Assembly: GCF_003018255.1 (NCBI RefSeq)
Contig: NZ_CP027440.1
DNA length: 64,000 nt
Reading direction: 5' to 3' (one strand)
Source: Escherichia coli
Lineage (GTDB): Bacteria; Pseudomonadota; Gammaproteobacteria; Enterobacterales; Enterobacteriaceae
Positions 12,798-25,119 of the stretch are shown piece after piece; position 1 is the stretch's first letter; each line of letters opens with the position of its first letter. The notes below the pieces were generated by a model that was given only the letters and a program-made list of their open reading frames with translations, was not told where the DNA came from and did no database searches. The position numbers were made by a program, and so were the translations under genes.

Positions 12798-13454
12798 GTG
12801 CAACGAGCGCGTTGTTATCTGATAGGTGAAACGGCGGTAGTGCTGGAGCTGGAACCGCCGGTGACGCTGGCTAGCCAGAAACGGATCTGGCGACTGGCGC
12901 AGCGTCTGGTGGATATGCCGAATGTGGTTGAAGCCATTCCCGGCATGAACAATATCACGGTGATTTTACGTAATCCTGAGTCGCTGGCGCTGGATGCCAT
13001 AGAGCGTTTGCAACGCTGGTGGGAGGAGAGTGAGGCGCTGGAGCCGGAGTCTCGCTTTATTGAAATTCCGGTGGTTTACGGTGGCGCAGCCGGACCGGAT
13101 TTGGCGGTGGTCGCGGCGCATTGTGGATTGAGCGAAAAACAGGTTGTTGAATTGCACTCCTCCGTGGAATACGTGGTCTGGTTTTTAGGTTTTCAACCGG
13201 GCTTCCCGTATCTCGGGAGTTTGCCGGAACAACTACACACGCCACGGCGCGCTGAACCGCGCTTGCTCGTTCCGGCAGGTTCTGTCGGGATCGGCGGGCC
13301 GCAGACTGGTATTTATCCGTTGGCAACGCCGGGTGGCTGGCAGTTGATTGGTCATACCTCACTCAGCCTGTTTGATCCGGCGCGTGACGAACCCATCTTA
13401 TTACGTCCGGGAGACAGCGTGCGCTTTGTACCGCAGAAGGAGGGAGTATGCTGA
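12798..13454 (+). CDS. pxpB: 5-oxoprolinase subunit B (218 aa), GTG start
   Basis: [25 protein letters not shown]...; first gene of the ybgJKL (pxpBCA) cluster. Confidence 0.88.
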   Translation: MQRARCYLIGETAVVLELEPPVTLASQKRIWRLAQRLVDMPNVVEAIPGMNNITVILRNPESLALDAIERLQRWWEESEALEPESRFIEIPVVYGGAAGPDLAVVAAHCGLSEKQVVELHSSVEYVVWFLGFQPGFPYLGSLPEQLHTPRRAEPRLLVPAGSVGIGGPQTGIYPLATPGGWQLIGHTSLSLFDPARDEPILLRPGDSVRFVPQKEGVC

Positions 13455-14380
13455 AGATTATTCGTGCGGGTATGTATACCACTGTGCAGGATGGCGGTCG
13501 TCACGGTTTTCGCCAGTCGGGTATCAGCCACTGCGGCGCACTGGATATGCCTGCGCTGCGCATTGCTAACCTACTGGTGGGTAATGACGCCAATGCCCCC
13601 GCGCTGGAGATCACGCTCGGTCAGTTAACGGTTGAGTTCGAAACTGATGGGTGGTTTGCTCTGACGGGGGCCGGTTGCGAAGCGCGGCTGGATGATAACG
13701 CCGTCTGGACCGGCTGGCGATTGCCGATGAAAGCAGGCCAGCGTTTAACGCTTAAACGCCCGCAGCACGGGATGCGCAGTTATCTGGCGGTCGCGGGTGG
13801 TATTGATGTTCCGCCGGTAATGGGGTCATGCAGCACCGATCTCAAAGTGGGGATTGGCGGGCTGGAAGGCCGTTTACTGAAGGATGGTGACCGACTCCCG
13901 ATTGGCAAATCGAAGCGTGATTTTATGGAAGCGCAGGGCGTTAAACAGCTGCTGTGGGGCAACCGCATTCGCGCCTTGCCGGGGCCGGAATATCATGAGT
14001 TCGATCGCGCCTCGCAGGATGCATTCTGGCGTTCGCCCTGGCAGCTTAGCTCGCAAAGTAACCGAATGGGCTATCGCTTACAGGGGCAAATTTTAAAACG
14101 CACCACCGATCGCGAACTGTTATCTCACGGTTTGTTACCGGGCGTGGTGCAGGTGCCACATAACGGGCAGCCGATTGTGTTGATGAACGACGCACAGACC
14201 ACCGGTGGTTATCCGCGTATTGCCTGTATCATTGAGGCTGATATGTACCATCTGGCGCAAATTCCGCTCGGTCAGCCGATTCATTTTGTCCAGTGTTCAC
14301 TGGAAGAGGCACTGAAAGCACGGCAAGATCAACAACGTTATTTCGAACAATTAGCGTGGCGGCTGCACAATGAAAATTGA
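13448..14380 (+). CDS. pxpC: 5-oxoprolinase subunit C (310 aa)
   Basis: [36 protein letters not shown]...; overlaps pxpB end. Confidence 0.9.
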   Translation: MLKIIRAGMYTTVQDGGRHGFRQSGISHCGALDMPALRIANLLVGNDANAPALEITLGQLTVEFETDGWFALTGAGCEARLDDNAVWTGWRLPMKAGQRLTLKRPQHGMRSYLAVAGGIDVPPVMGSCSTDLKVGIGGLEGRLLKDGDRLPIGKSKRDFMEAQGVKQLLWGNRIRALPGPEYHEFDRASQDAFWRSPWQLSSQSNRMGYRLQGQILKRTTDRELLSHGLLPGVVQVPHNGQPIVLMNDAQTTGGYPRIACIIEADMYHLAQIPLGQPIHFVQCSLEEALKARQDQQRYFEQLAWRLHNEN

Positions 14381-15104
14381 CCTGAACGCCGATCTGGGCG
14401 AAGGCTGCGCCAGCGACGCAGAGCTATTAACGCTGGTTTCCTCTGCCAATATTGCCTGTGGATTTCATGCAGGCGATGCGCAAACCATGCAGGCTTGCGT
14501 GCGTGAAGCCATAAAAAATGGTGTTGCGATTGGCGCTCACCCGAGTTTTCCCGACAGGGAAAATTTTGGGCGCAGCGTCATGCAGCTGCCGCCAGAAACC
14601 ATTTACGCCCAGACGCTGTATCAAATTGGCGCGCTGGCAACGATTGCCCGTGCGCAAGGCGGTGTTATGCGTCATGTCAAACCTCACGGCATGTTATACA
14701 ACCAGGCAGTGAAAGAGGCACAACTGGCAGACGCCATCGCCAGAGCGGTATACGCTTGCGATCCGGCATTGATTCTCGTCGGACTGGCGGGAAGCGAGCT
14801 GATTCGTGCAGGCAAGCAATATGGCCTGACAACGCGCGAGGAAGTGTTTGCCGATCGCGGTTACCAGGCTGACGGCTCGCTGGTGCCGCGAAGCCAGCCA
14901 GGCGCGTTGATTGAAGACGAAGAACAGGCGCTGGCGCAAACGTTGGAGATGGTGCAACACGGCAGAGTCAAAAGTATCACCGGCGAATGGGCAACGGTCA
15001 CGGCGCAAACGGTCTGCCTGCATGGCGACGGCGAGCACGCACTGGCATTCGCCCGCCGACTACGCTCTACATTTGCCGAAAAGGGGATTGTTGTCGCAGC
15101 ATAA
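14370..15104 (+). CDS. pxpA: 5-oxoprolinase subunit A, LamB/YcsF family (244 aa)
   Basis: [43 protein letters not shown]... Confidence 0.9.
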   Translation: MKIDLNADLGEGCASDAELLTLVSSANIACGFHAGDAQTMQACVREAIKNGVAIGAHPSFPDRENFGRSVMQLPPETIYAQTLYQIGALATIARAQGGVMRHVKPHGMLYNQAVKEAQLADAIARAVYACDPALILVGLAGSELIRAGKQYGLTTREEVFADRGYQADGSLVPRSQPGALIEDEEQALAQTLEMVQHGRVKSITGEWATVTAQTVCLHGDGEHALAFARRLRSTFAEKGIVVAA

Positions 15105-15139
15105 CCCCGTTTAATAAAGAATGAAAAAAGGATATCACC

Positions 15140-15931
15140 ATGCCTGAAGGCCCGGAGATCCGCCGTGCAGCGGATAACCTGGAGGCGGCGATCAAAGGCA
15201 AACCACTAACTGATGTCTGGTTTGCCTTCCCGCAGTTAAAACCTTATCAATCACAACTTATCGGTCAACACGTTACCCATGTGGAAACGCGTGGTAAGGC
15301 GTTGTTAACTCATTTTTCCAACGACTTAACGCTCTACAGCCATAATCAGCTTTACGGCGTCTGGCGCGTGGTTGATACCGGCGAAGAGCCGCAGACTACG
15401 CGAGTATTGCGGGTAAAACTGCAAACGGTTGACAAAACCATTCTGCTTTATAGCGCCTCGGATATTGAGATGTTGACGCCGGAACAACTGATCACGCATC
15501 CGTTTTTACAACGAGTCGGCCCCGATGTGCTGGATCCGAATCTGACGCCGGAGGTGGTAAAGGAACGGTTATTGTCGCCGCGCTTTCGTAACCGTCAGTT
15601 TGCTGGATTACTGCTCGATCAGGCGTTTCTGGCTGGGCTTGGCAATTATTTGCGGGTGGAGATCCTCTGGCAGGTTGGGTTGACTGGAAATCATAAAGCG
15701 AAAGATCTCAGTGCGGCGCAACTGGATGCACTCGCACACGCGTTACTGGATATTCCTCGATTTTCCTACGCTACGCGGGGGCAGGTGGATGAGAATAAGC
15801 ATCATGGGGCGCTGTTTCGCTTTAAGGTTTTTCATCGTGATGGCGAACTGTGCGAACGCTGTGGCGGCATCATTGAGAAAACCACGCTGTCATCTCGCCC
15901 GTTTTACTGGTGCCCTGGCTGTCAGCACTAG
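15140..15931 (+). CDS. nei: Endonuclease VIII (263 aa)
   Basis: [21 protein letters not shown]... with C-terminal zinc finger [25 protein letters not shown]. Confidence 0.95.
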   Translation: MPEGPEIRRAADNLEAAIKGKPLTDVWFAFPQLKPYQSQLIGQHVTHVETRGKALLTHFSNDLTLYSHNQLYGVWRVVDTGEEPQTTRVLRVKLQTVDKTILLYSASDIEMLTPEQLITHPFLQRVGPDVLDPNLTPEVVKERLLSPRFRNRQFAGLLLDQAFLAGLGNYLRVEILWQVGLTGNHKAKDLSAAQLDALAHALLDIPRFSYATRGQVDENKHHGALFRFKVFHRDGELCERCGGIIEKTTLSSRPFYWCPGCQH

Positions 15932-16974
15932 GCCGTACGTTTCGGCGCATAGGTTGAAATAAACCGCGCAATGGCAGGTCCCGTCAGCAAAATACTGAAC
16001 AGGCGCAGGGTTTGCATCGCCATGATGAGCGCCATATCGGCATTGCTCCCTGCGGCGATGACCGCCACGGTATCAAGCCCGCCGGGGCTGGTGGCGAGGT
16101 AGGCGGTCATAAAATCAATATGCATAAACCGGGTCAGCCCCCACGCCATACCCGCACAAATAGCCAGCAGAGCAAAAATCGACAGCAGGATTTGCGGTAG
16201 CGGGCGCAATGCCCGCAGTAAGATTTGTTTATCGAAACCAAGACCAATCCGCCAACCAATTGCCATATACGCCATCGCAAGCAGCCATTCCGGTAGTTCG
16301 ATGGTGATGAGCTGACCAGACTGGAGCACTGCGCCCGCCAGCATCGGGATGAGCATCGTGCCGGAAGGAAGACGTAGCAAGCATCCCACTGTACCGGCAA
16401 CGACCGCGAGCAAAATCGTAAGCAGGAGATTAATGCTCACTGGCGGAAACCAGACGATCTGCTGGTTAACCGCTTCAGCGTTATCGCCCAGCATCATGCG
16501 GGTGACCAGAACAGCGGCCCCTGCGACGAACAGCACTCGCAGATATTGCATAAACGCCACCAGGCGAATATCTGCGCCGTAATCTTGCGCCATAGCGACC
16601 ATTGCCGCCGCGCCGCCAGGAGAAGAACCCCAGGCACCGGTATTTCCAGGCAGTGAGCTATAGCGCACCAATAACCAACCCACGATGGCGCTGGAAAGTA
16701 ACGTCACCAGTAAAATAGCTAACACAATCGGCCAGTTCACCGCTAGCGTGGTCAGGATCGAACCGGTCAGGTTTTGCGCAATCATGCAGCCAAGAATGGC
16801 CTGGGCGGCGAGAAAAGCGGAGCGGGGAAGTTGCAGAGTAATTCCGCGCATACTAAAGATGATCCCGGCGATCATCGGCCCAAGTAATAGCGCCGCCGGG
16901 AGATGAACCGCGAGGAAACCAATTGAAAGGAGAAGTGAGAGCACACATAACATTCCCCACTGCAAAACTGGCAT
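15928..16974 (-). CDS. abrB: AbrB-family membrane transporter (348 aa)
   Basis: Start chosen at [23 protein letters not shown] inside the longer ORF 15928..17052; convergent 4-nt overlap with nei. Confidence 0.85.
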   Translation of the reverse strand: MPVLQWGMLCVLSLLLSIGFLAVHLPAALLLGPMIAGIIFSMRGITLQLPRSAFLAAQAILGCMIAQNLTGSILTTLAVNWPIVLAILLVTLLSSAIVGWLLVRYSSLPGNTGAWGSSPGGAAAMVAMAQDYGADIRLVAFMQYLRVLFVAGAAVLVTRMMLGDNAEAVNQQIVWFPPVSINLLLTILLAVVAGTVGCLLRLPSGTMLIPMLAGAVLQSGQLITIELPEWLLAMAYMAIGWRIGLGFDKQILLRALRPLPQILLSIFALLAICAGMAWGLTRFMHIDFMTAYLATSPGGLDTVAVIAAGSNADMALIMAMQTLRLFSILLTGPAIARFISTYAPKRTA

Positions 16975-17126
16975 CCTTCGTTCCCTCATTATTTTTTCTT
17001 TGGTGTATCGATACAGCATAAAGAAAGCCGGGCCAGGAAAAAATAACAGCAATCAAGGAAAAGGGGAAAATCAGCAATTTTCTGAAAGAGAGGCCCTTTA
17101 CTAACTGCAAAGGGCATCATGATAAA

Positions 17127-18188
17127 TTAGTTATAGTTAATCTTAAAAAGCACCACTGTATCGAAGGGACCCGCTTCGATGGGGGTGCCGGGAATGGACG
17201 AAAGTTCAGCCGTATAGGTTTTTTCGTAGATCAGCATATCGCTGGTGAAATCAGCATATTCGCTGTATTTGTTGAAAGTATAGGGTGAAGAATTTTCATC
17301 CAGCAAACGTAGCTTCAGTCCATTACCAATCAGCAGTGCTTTATCCTCTTCAATCAATGTTTCTTCGGTATAAAACGAAGAGCTGACCTTAAATCCGTCG
17401 GTGCACTGGTCATTTTGTGATTTTGTCGTCTTAATACTGAATGTTTTCGACATTGTGTGGCGGCGAATATCCAGCAGGTTAAATTTACCAAAATCAATCA
17501 CCTGTGTTTCTGGTGAAATAGAAAAATTGACGCTGCAATCCAGTACACGAATGTTTTCCAGACCAGTAATATGGTATTTCAGGTTTTGGGCGGTAGGGTC
17601 TTCGTTAACGCTACCGGCACCATCAAATTGCACGACGATGTAGTCGCTAAGCGAACTTTGATAATCATGCGGCGGTATTTCGCGAATCTTAACGTATAAC
17701 CGCATACGAGCAAGAAAGGTTCGCGACATGTGAATATTAGCGGGGTCACCCGAGCATATTTTGTTCTGCCAGCCCATCGCGATAATCTGCTCAGGGGTAT
17801 AAATGTTAATGTTCTTACTGTCGATACACTGGTTGGTGTCGATGCGGCTTTTCCCCAGACTGGCATCGTAATCGACACCATTGTATGTCACGCCGAGTTG
17901 ATAATAACGATCCTGTACCCCCGGGTAGGGGTTTACCCATGCGTAGACATGTTCGCTTTCAAAGTTGCCGTTGGTATTGTTGTCACAATAGACGGGAATT
18001 TTAATATCGTCAGATTCCCAGATCTTATCGCCGGGTTTGGCATTACCTGGCACAGCAAAGGGTTGAATCGCTTCCGATTTTTCTACCGTTCCGCCGGAAG
18101 TACCAAAATAGCAGTTCAGCGCTAGCGCAGACTTCAATGGCAGAAATACCAGACAGATGACGAGCAACACTCCCTTGCCAGCACTCAT
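17127..18188 (-). CDS. ybgO: Fimbrial adhesin-like protein (353 aa)
   Basis: Signal peptide [23 protein letters not shown]; last gene of a chaperone-usher operon; start overlaps ybgP stop. Confidence 0.85.
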   Translation of the reverse strand: MSAGKGVLLVICLVFLPLKSALALNCYFGTSGGTVEKSEAIQPFAVPGNAKPGDKIWESDDIKIPVYCDNNTNGNFESEHVYAWVNPYPGVQDRYYQLGVTYNGVDYDASLGKSRIDTNQCIDSKNINIYTPEQIIAMGWQNKICSGDPANIHMSRTFLARMRLYVKIREIPPHDYQSSLSDYIVVQFDGAGSVNEDPTAQNLKYHITGLENIRVLDCSVNFSISPETQVIDFGKFNLLDIRRHTMSKTFSIKTTKSQNDQCTDGFKVSSSFYTEETLIEEDKALLIGNGLKLRLLDENSSPYTFNKYSEYADFTSDMLIYEKTYTAELSSIPGTPIEAGPFDTVVLFKINYN

Positions 18189-18913
18189 TTCTTCGCCTCC
18201 ACTGCTTGTAAACGGCATTGTCCGCTGCAGTTGAGCGTCGTCATGCGTAACGCGCCGTAATCATCCATATAACCGAGATAAAACTGACTGCCGCTATAAC
18301 TTCCGGTGTTTGTAATTACTGTACTAAAAGGCGCAACCATCACGGTTTTGAAGCCGGGAAGAACGCCTTTTTCATTTCTCCCCAGATAGGCAATGGTCAG
18401 ATAATACGCGGTAGGATTTTTCAGTGTCAGTTGGTTGCCCTGCTGGCTGACCTGTAACTGCAGTTCGACCTTTTCTCCTGCTTTCTTGCGTAATGCAGCC
18501 GGTCGCCAGAATACCTTGATACGACTCTGAATGGCGACTTGCAGAACGGCATGGCCGCTGTTTTTTTCTGGGGAGGGAGGAATTTCACGCATATTGTAGA
18601 AAAATAGCGTTTCGCGATCGCCCGGTAATTTTGTGGTCGAGGCTTGCTTTACTATCCGTACCTGCGTTGTTGCTTTCGGTTCCAGACGTTGTATCGGTGG
18701 CAGGGCAACCAGAAGATCATCGCTTTTCTCCCCTTTTTCATTTTCGAGCCAGGAATAAGCGAGGTAGGGGAGTTTATCGCTACGATTATCCACGCGCAGA
18801 CTGGTAGCTTTATCATTAGCGTTAAACACAATACGAGTGCGATCGGGTTGTAGTGCAGCGTGGCTGCACAGACTGGCAACCAACAACAAAAGGGGTAGTC
18901 CTTTCATAAATGT
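18185..18913 (-). CDS. ybgP: Periplasmic fimbrial chaperone, PapD-like (242 aa)
   Basis: [44 protein letters not shown]... Confidence 0.88.
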   Translation of the reverse strand, partial: TFMKGLPLLLLVASLCSHAALQPDRTRIVFNANDKATSLRVDNRSDKLPYLAYSWLENEKGEKSDDLLVALPPIQRLEPKATTQVRIVKQASTTKLPGDRETLFFYNMREIPPSPEKNSGHAVLQVAIQSRIKVFWRPAALRKKAGEKVELQLQVSQQGNQLTLKNPTAYYLTIAYLGRNEKGVLPGFKTVMVAPFSTVITNTGSYSGSQFYLGYMDDYGALRMTTLNCSGQCRLQAVEAKK

Positions 18914-18930
18914 CATTTTCATTTCCTTAA

Positions 18931-21390
18931 TTAATGACAAGGTAAAATCAGGCGATTTGCGGTGTCTTCCATATGTTCAGGAAGATGGAGCGAGCAACGC
19001 TGGCTATCACCCCAGATCACGGTAAATTGTTGATTTTCAGCGACTCCGCTTAACCAGGCATGTCCTTCCTCGCCAACCATCCCCACGCTAATGCCGCTGT
19101 TATCCTGGCGGATATCCGCACCGAGGGGAGGGAACTGACCGCTGGCGTTGCGAATGATGACGTTAACGTCTTTACCGGAACGGGAAGCCAGCGATTTGTA
19201 ACCTATCGCGCCTTCAATCCACGTTTCTTTGATAACGTTTTCTGCCACTGTTACGCCGTCGGGTAAGTCATTCATGTTCACCGCCACGGTGGAAGGCTGA
19301 TAACTGGAAATCAACGGCACCACCGCAATGCCAAAATGGTTGGTGTAGTCGAGATTGCCCTGAACCGGAATATCTGCCACGCCATCGGTACTGACCATCA
19401 GACGTGGTTCATTGGTGGAGCTGCGACGATGGAACGCCGCACCATATTGAGTTGCCGTGAAAGAACCGCTCCAGCTGCTGCTGACGGAACTGTAATCATT
19501 GGCGGCATAGGTACCAGAAATATCCCACTCACCCGCTGAACTCAGGTGCTGATAGTTACCGCTCACCTGGGCTCCATTATCCGGACGGTCGGATTGCAGT
19601 CCGGTAGACATGCCCCAGCTATTACGTTCATCTAACGTATCATTCCACGACATGCGGTGCGTGGTGCTGTGACTACTGTTTTGCATGTCATAACCGACCC
19701 GCCCCCCGTTACCGAAGGGGAGCGAAATCGACAGGTAAATCTGATTGTCGCGATCTTTATCTTCGTAATGGGTTGTATTGAATGACGTCGAGATCGAGAT
19801 ATCTCTCCAGTTACCAATATCAACATTAAAACCCGCCGTGATGTTGGCGGTCGTGGAGGCGTCTGCATTCCACCAGGTTTGATGCAGCAGGTTGGCGTAC
19901 AGATTGAGGTTCAGTGGGGTAATCGGTTGGCCCACGGATAAGCTGATCGTCTGTTTTTCGTCCTGCGCATCGCTGTTGTTGTATTTGTGATCCAGATAGT
20001 TGGCGTAGCTGTGAAAATGACGATCGGAGAAACGATAAGCGGCGAGCGAAATCGTGCTGTCGGTGGCATCCACTTGTTTGCTGTAATTAAAGCGGTAACT
20101 TAAGCCCCGCTCGTCCTGCTGAGTATCAAACTGACTACTGGCCCACGTGACATCAAACGACAATGCACCAAGCCACAGCATATTTTGCCCGATACCCATT
20201 GCGGCAGAATGGTAGTCGTCACCCGAAATCAGCAGGCCGCCGTACAGTGAGGTATTTGACAGCATCCCCCAGGAAACTTCATTGCTAAAAAAGGTTTCAT
20301 TTTCAGTTTGATGAGACATAGATGTTCGCGGCTGACCGGCAGCAAGTTTATAGCGAACCTGCCCCTGGCGCGTAAGGAAAGGCGTCGATGCTGCCGAAAC
20401 CTGGAAATTGTTCGCCCGACCATCTTCTTCCGTCACTTTGACATCTAACGTACCCTGGACGGACTGATTAAGGTCATCAATGATAAACGGACCTGGTGGG
20501 ACTTTCTTCTGGTAAATAACTCGCCCTGAGTGACTCACGGTGACGGTGGCGTTGGTTTGTGCAATGCCGCTGATTTGTGGGGCGTAGCCGCGTAGCTCCC
20601 ACGGTAACATCCGATCGTCACTTGCCAGTGCCGCGCCGGTATAAGAAAAGCCGTCGAAAATATTGGAACTGAAATCCGTTTCACCAAGGGTTAATTTTGA
20701 ACCTAATTGCGGTAATGGACGAAAAAGATAGGTGCGTGATATTTCGCCTGACTGTTCATGGTTATCATCGCTATCGGTCTGATTCAATTGGTAATCACTG
20801 CGTAAACGCCATGCTCCCGCGTTAATTCCGGCTGTTCCATAGGCGTTCAGGTTAGTGCTGTTGCTACCATCCTGTGGGCGGTAGCTGCTTGCAAACAGGT
20901 TGTAGTCCATCAGGACGCCGGCGACACCTTCTTTCCATGTTGAGGGGGGAGTCCAGTTATCTGAGTGCCACGCCAGCCAGGCTTGTGGAATAGTGATATT
21001 CAGTTGCTGGCTAGCCTGATCAAAAATGAAGAGAATTTCAGGCCGGGAGCTAAAATCGACGCACTGGTTTAACCGTGGTAACGACTGACGAACTTCAGGT
21101 TTTAAACCAAATTTATCTACCAGTAAATCATTAATACACGGAATGGTTTGGTCACCGTTCTTTTTCCAGTCAATTTTTTGTCCGTTACTGATTTGGTTGT
21201 TATTTACTGCAACGCTAACAAAATATTCACCGGGAACAATGACCCCTTTTCCCTTTAATAATGAAATATCAATGCGATCTCGCATCGATTTATCGAGGAC
21301 ATTCAGGTTGAATTCGACCGCCAATGCGCAAGGCATCGCCATGACCAGACAGGATATAAAAGAGAGTCGATAAATATTCACGGTGTCCAT
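18931..21390 (-). CDS. ybgQ: Fimbrial outer-membrane usher (about 819 aa)
   Basis: Large beta-barrel usher ORF; start taken at MDTVNIYRLSFISCLVMAMPCALA; exact start codon uncertain. Confidence 0.85.
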   Translation of the reverse strand: MDTVNIYRLSFISCLVMAMPCALAVEFNLNVLDKSMRDRIDISLLKGKGVIVPGEYFVSVAVNNNQISNGQKIDWKKNGDQTIPCINDLLVDKFGLKPEVRQSLPRLNQCVDFSSRPEILFIFDQASQQLNITIPQAWLAWHSDNWTPPSTWKEGVAGVLMDYNLFASSYRPQDGSNSTNLNAYGTAGINAGAWRLRSDYQLNQTDSDDNHEQSGEISRTYLFRPLPQLGSKLTLGETDFSSNIFDGFSYTGAALASDDRMLPWELRGYAPQISGIAQTNATVTVSHSGRVIYQKKVPPGPFIIDDLNQSVQGTLDVKVTEEDGRANNFQVSAASTPFLTRQGQVRYKLAAGQPRTSMSHQTENETFFSNEVSWGMLSNTSLYGGLLISGDDYHSAAMGIGQNMLWLGALSFDVTWASSQFDTQQDERGLSYRFNYSKQVDATDSTISLAAYRFSDRHFHSYANYLDHKYNNSDAQDEKQTISLSVGQPITPLNLNLYANLLHQTWWNADASTTANITAGFNVDIGNWRDISISTSFNTTHYEDKDRDNQIYLSISLPFGNGGRVGYDMQNSSHSTTHRMSWNDTLDERNSWGMSTGLQSDRPDNGAQVSGNYQHLSSAGEWDISGTYAANDYSSVSSSWSGSFTATQYGAAFHRRSSTNEPRLMVSTDGVADIPVQGNLDYTNHFGIAVVPLISSYQPSTVAVNMNDLPDGVTVAENVIKETWIEGAIGYKSLASRSGKDVNVIIRNASGQFPPLGADIRQDNSGISVGMVGEEGHAWLSGVAENQQFTVIWGDSQRCSLHLPEHMEDTANRLILPCH

Positions 21391-21440
21391 ACCTGATAAA
21401 TATTTGAAGAAAGGCAGCGATAGCGCCGCCAAAGTGATAC

Positions 21441-22007
21441 TTATTTATAATCCAGCACGTAGGTTGCATTCGCCGTAACTGCACCTGGCGTTACAGGTGT
21501 TGCCTGATCAATTTGTTCCATCCAGGCAAAGAAATTCAGCGTTTGCTCGCTGGAGGTCGGAGCCAGGTCGATATCTGGAGTCGCGGTGCCTAAAACGATA
21601 TTGCTTTGATCTTTATTCATTAAACGCACGCCGACACCGGTGGCTTCACCCGTGCTGGTGTTGTTGAGAATCGGATCTGCGCCGGTGGTTTTCGCTGAGC
21701 TGTCAAAGGTGACTGCAACTTTAGAAATCTTGCCGCCGGAACCGTTGTTGGAGTTTTCCAAATCGCAGTTGACTAAGCGCAGGTCGACAGCAACGGCATC
21801 GCTGTGATGTGACTGATTAATGTGGCTGGTGGTCACCTGACCGAGTTCAACCTCTTTATCAATATCATCCTGATGTATTTCACACGGTGCTTCAATAACT
21901 TCACCTTTAAAGTGAATTTCACCGGATCCTTCATCAGCCGCATAAACAGGTGCTGTGAATAGCAGAGATATGGCCAGTGCGGCCAATGTTTTTTGTCCTT
22001 TAAACAT
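21441..22007 (-). CDS. ybgD: Fimbrial major subunit (188 aa)
   Basis: MFKGQKTLAALAISLLFTAPVYA signal peptide; AGGA RBS 7 nt upstream. Confidence 0.88.
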   Translation of the reverse strand: MFKGQKTLAALAISLLFTAPVYAADEGSGEIHFKGEVIEAPCEIHQDDIDKEVELGQVTTSHINQSHHSDAVAVDLRLVNCDLENSNNGSGGKISKVAVTFDSSAKTTGADPILNNTSTGEATGVGVRLMNKDQSNIVLGTATPDIDLAPTSSEQTLNFFAWMEQIDQATPVTPGAVTANATYVLDYK

Positions 22008-22334
22008 AGCTGAGTCCTTTAAATAATGAGATAGAGTGTTGCGAGGCAAGAATATATTAACTGACAGTTGAATGTATTTGGTTTTATTTAACAATATTAA
22101 AAAGCTTGTTATATAAAGAATGGAATAATTGAGTGCATAAATTTATTGTTTAATGAGATGAAAGATGGGGTGGGATGGATATGCATAATTTTCATTGGGT
22201 TAACAATGCTACCGGCAGGAAAGTAAAAAAATAAACTTATCATTCTGCTCAGTATGTGGCTTGTCACATTTTTTCACCTTATTAATGGGTATTTGCATCT
22301 GGTTTAATTTTTACAATTTATTATGTTCAGCCAT

Positions 22335-22370
22335 ATAAAAAAGAACCCGCTCTATTAAAGGCGGGTCCGG
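22335..22370 (-). terminator. Rho-independent terminator after gltA
   Basis: Minus-strand hairpin GACCCGCC...GGCGGGTTC followed by a run of 6 T. Confidence 0.7.
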
Positions 22371-22396
22371 AAAGTAAACGGCTTAGCAATCAACCA

Positions 22397-23680
22397 TTAA
22401 CGCTTGATGTCGCTTTTAAAGTCGCGTTTTTCATATCCTGTATACAGTTGACGCGGACGGGCAATCTTCATACCGTCACTGTGCATTTCGCTCCAGTGGG
22501 CGATCCAGCCAACGGTGCGTGCCATAGCGAAGATCACGGTGAACATAGAAGACGGAATACCCATCGCTTTCAGGATGATACCAGAGTAGAAATCGACGTT
22601 CGGATAGAGTTTCTTCTCGATAAAGTACGGGTCGTTCAGCGCGATGTTTTCCAGCTCCATAGCCACTTCCAGCAGGTCATCTTTGGTACCCAGCTCTTTC
22701 AGCACTTCATGGCAGGTTTCACGCATTACGGTGGCGCGCGGGTCGTAATTTTTGTACACGCGGTGACCGAAGCCCATCAGGCGGAAAGAATCATTTTTAT
22801 CTTTCGCACGACGAACAAATTCCGGAATGTGTTTAACGGAGCTGATTTCTTCCAGCATTTTCAGCGCCGCTTCGTTAGCACCACCGTGCGCAGGTCCCCA
22901 CAGTGAAGCAATACCTGCTGCGATACAGGCAAACGGGTTCGCCCCCGAAGAGCCAGCGGTACGCACGGTGGAGGTGGAGGCGTTCTGTTCATGGTCAGCG
23001 TGCAGGATCAGAATACGGTCCATAGCACGTTCCAGAATCGGATTAACTTCATACGGTTCGCACGGCGTAGAGAACATCATATTCAGGAAGTTACCGGCGT
23101 AGGAGAGATCGTTGCGCGGGTAAACAAATGGCTGACCAATGGAATACTTGTAACACATCGCGGCCATGGTCGGCATTTTCGACAGCAGGCGGAACGCGGC
23201 AATTTCACGGTGACGAGGATTGTTAACATCCAGCGAGTCGTGATAGAACGCCGCCAGCGCGCCGGTAATACCACACATGACTGCCATTGGATGCGAGTCG
23301 CGACGGAAAGCATGGAACAGACGGGTAATCTGCTCGTGGATCATGGTATGACGGGTCACCGTAGTTTTAAATTCGTCATACTGTTCCTGAGTCGGTTTTT
23401 CACCATTCAGCAGGATGTAACAAACTTCCAGGTAGTTAGAATCGGTCGCCAGCTGATCGATCGGGAAACCGCGGTGCAGCAAAATACCTTCATCACCATC
23501 AATAAAAGTAATTTTAGATTCGCAGGATGCGGTTGAAGTGAAGCCTGGGTCAAAGGTGAATACACCTTTTGAACCGAGAGTACGGATATCAATAACATCT
23601 TGACCCAGCGTGCCTTTCAGCACATCCAGTTCAACAGCTGTATCCCCGTTGAGGGTGAGTTTTGCTTTTGTATCAGCCAT
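22397..23680 (-). CDS. gltA: Citrate synthase (427 aa)
   Basis: [71 protein letters not shown]... Confidence 0.97.
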   Translation of the reverse strand: MADTKAKLTLNGDTAVELDVLKGTLGQDVIDIRTLGSKGVFTFDPGFTSTASCESKITFIDGDEGILLHRGFPIDQLATDSNYLEVCYILLNGEKPTQEQYDEFKTTVTRHTMIHEQITRLFHAFRRDSHPMAVMCGITGALAAFYHDSLDVNNPRHREIAAFRLLSKMPTMAAMCYKYSIGQPFVYPRNDLSYAGNFLNMMFSTPCEPYEVNPILERAMDRILILHADHEQNASTSTVRTAGSSGANPFACIAAGIASLWGPAHGGANEAALKMLEEISSVKHIPEFVRRAKDKNDSFRLMGFGHRVYKNYDPRATVMRETCHEVLKELGTKDDLLEVAMELENIALNDPYFIEKKLYPNVDFYSGIILKAMGIPSSMFTVIFAMARTVGWIAHWSEMHSDGMKIARPRQLYTGYEKRDFKSDIKR

Positions 23681-24388
23681 TTAAGGTCTCCTTAGCGCCT
23701 TATTGCGTAAGACTGCCGGAACTTAAATTTGCCTTCGCACATCAACCTGGCTTTACCCGTTTGTTATTTGGCTCGCCGCTCTGTGAAAGAGGGGAAAACC
23801 TGGGTACAGAGCTCTGGGCGCTTGCAGGTAAAGGATCCATTGATGACGAATAAATGGCGAATCAAGTACTTAGCAATCCGAATTATTAAACTTGTCTACC
23901 ACTAATAACTGTCCCGAATGAATTGGTCAATACTTCCACACTGTTACATAAGTTAATCTTAGGTGAAATACCGACTTCATAACTTTTACGCATTATATGC
24001 TTTTCCTGGTAATGTTTGTAACAACTTTGTTGAATGATTGTCAAATTAGATGATTAAAAATTAAATAAATGTTGTTATCGTGACCTGGATCACTGTTCAG
24101 GATAAAACCCGACAAACTATATGTAGGTTAATTGTAATGATTTTGTGAACGGCCTATACTGCCGCCAGGTCTCCGGAACACCCTGCAATCCCGAGCCACC
24201 CAGCGTTGTAACGTGTCGTTTTCGCATCTGGAAGCAGTGTTTTGCATGACGCGCAGTTATAGAAAGGACGCTGTCTGACCCGCAAGCAGACCGGAGGAAG
24301 GAAATCCCGACGTCTCCAGGTAACAGAAAGTTAACCTCTGTGCCCGTAGTCCCCAGGGAATAATAAGAACAGCATGTGGGCGTTATTC

Positions 24389-24778
24389 ATGATAAGAAAT
24401 GTGAAAAAACAAAGACCTGTTAATCTGGACCTACAGACCATCCGGTTCCCCATCACGGCGATAGCGTCCATTCTCCATCGCGTTTCCGGTGTGATCACCT
24501 TTGTTGCAGTGGGCATCCTGCTGTGGCTTCTGGGTACCAGCCTCTCTTCCCCTGAAGGTTTCGAGCAAGCTTCCGCGATTATGGGCAGCTTCTTCGTCAA
24601 ATTTATCATGTGGGGCATCCTTACCGCTCTGGCGTATCACGTCGTCGTAGGTATTCGCCACATGATGATGGATTTTGGCTATCTGGAAGAAACATTCGAA
24701 GCGGGTAAACGCTCCGCCAAAATATCCTTTGTTATTACTGTCGTGCTTTCACTTCTCGCAGGAGTCCTCGTATGGTAA
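24389..24778 (+). CDS. sdhC: Succinate dehydrogenase cytochrome b556 subunit (129 aa)
   Basis: [34 protein letters not shown]... Confidence 0.95.
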
Positions 24779-25119
24779 GCAACGCCTCCGCATTAGGACG
24801 CAATGGCGTACATGATTTCATCCTCGTTCGCGCTACCGCTATCGTCCTGACGCTCTACATCATTTATATGGTCGGTTTTTTCGCTACCAGTGGCGAGCTG
24901 ACATATGAAGTCTGGATCGGTTTTTTCGCCTCTGCGTTCACCAAAGTGTTCACCCTGCTGGCGCTGTTTTCTATCTTGATCCATGCCTGGATCGGCATGT
25001 GGCAGGTGTTGACCGACTACGTTAAACCGCTGGCCTTGCGCCTGATGCTGCAACTGGTGATTGTCGTTGCTCTGGTGGTTTACGTGATTTATGGATTCGT
25101 TGTGGTGTGGGGTGTGTGA
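24772..25119 (+). CDS. sdhD: Succinate dehydrogenase hydrophobic anchor subunit (115 aa)
   Basis: [37 protein letters not shown]... Confidence 0.95.
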
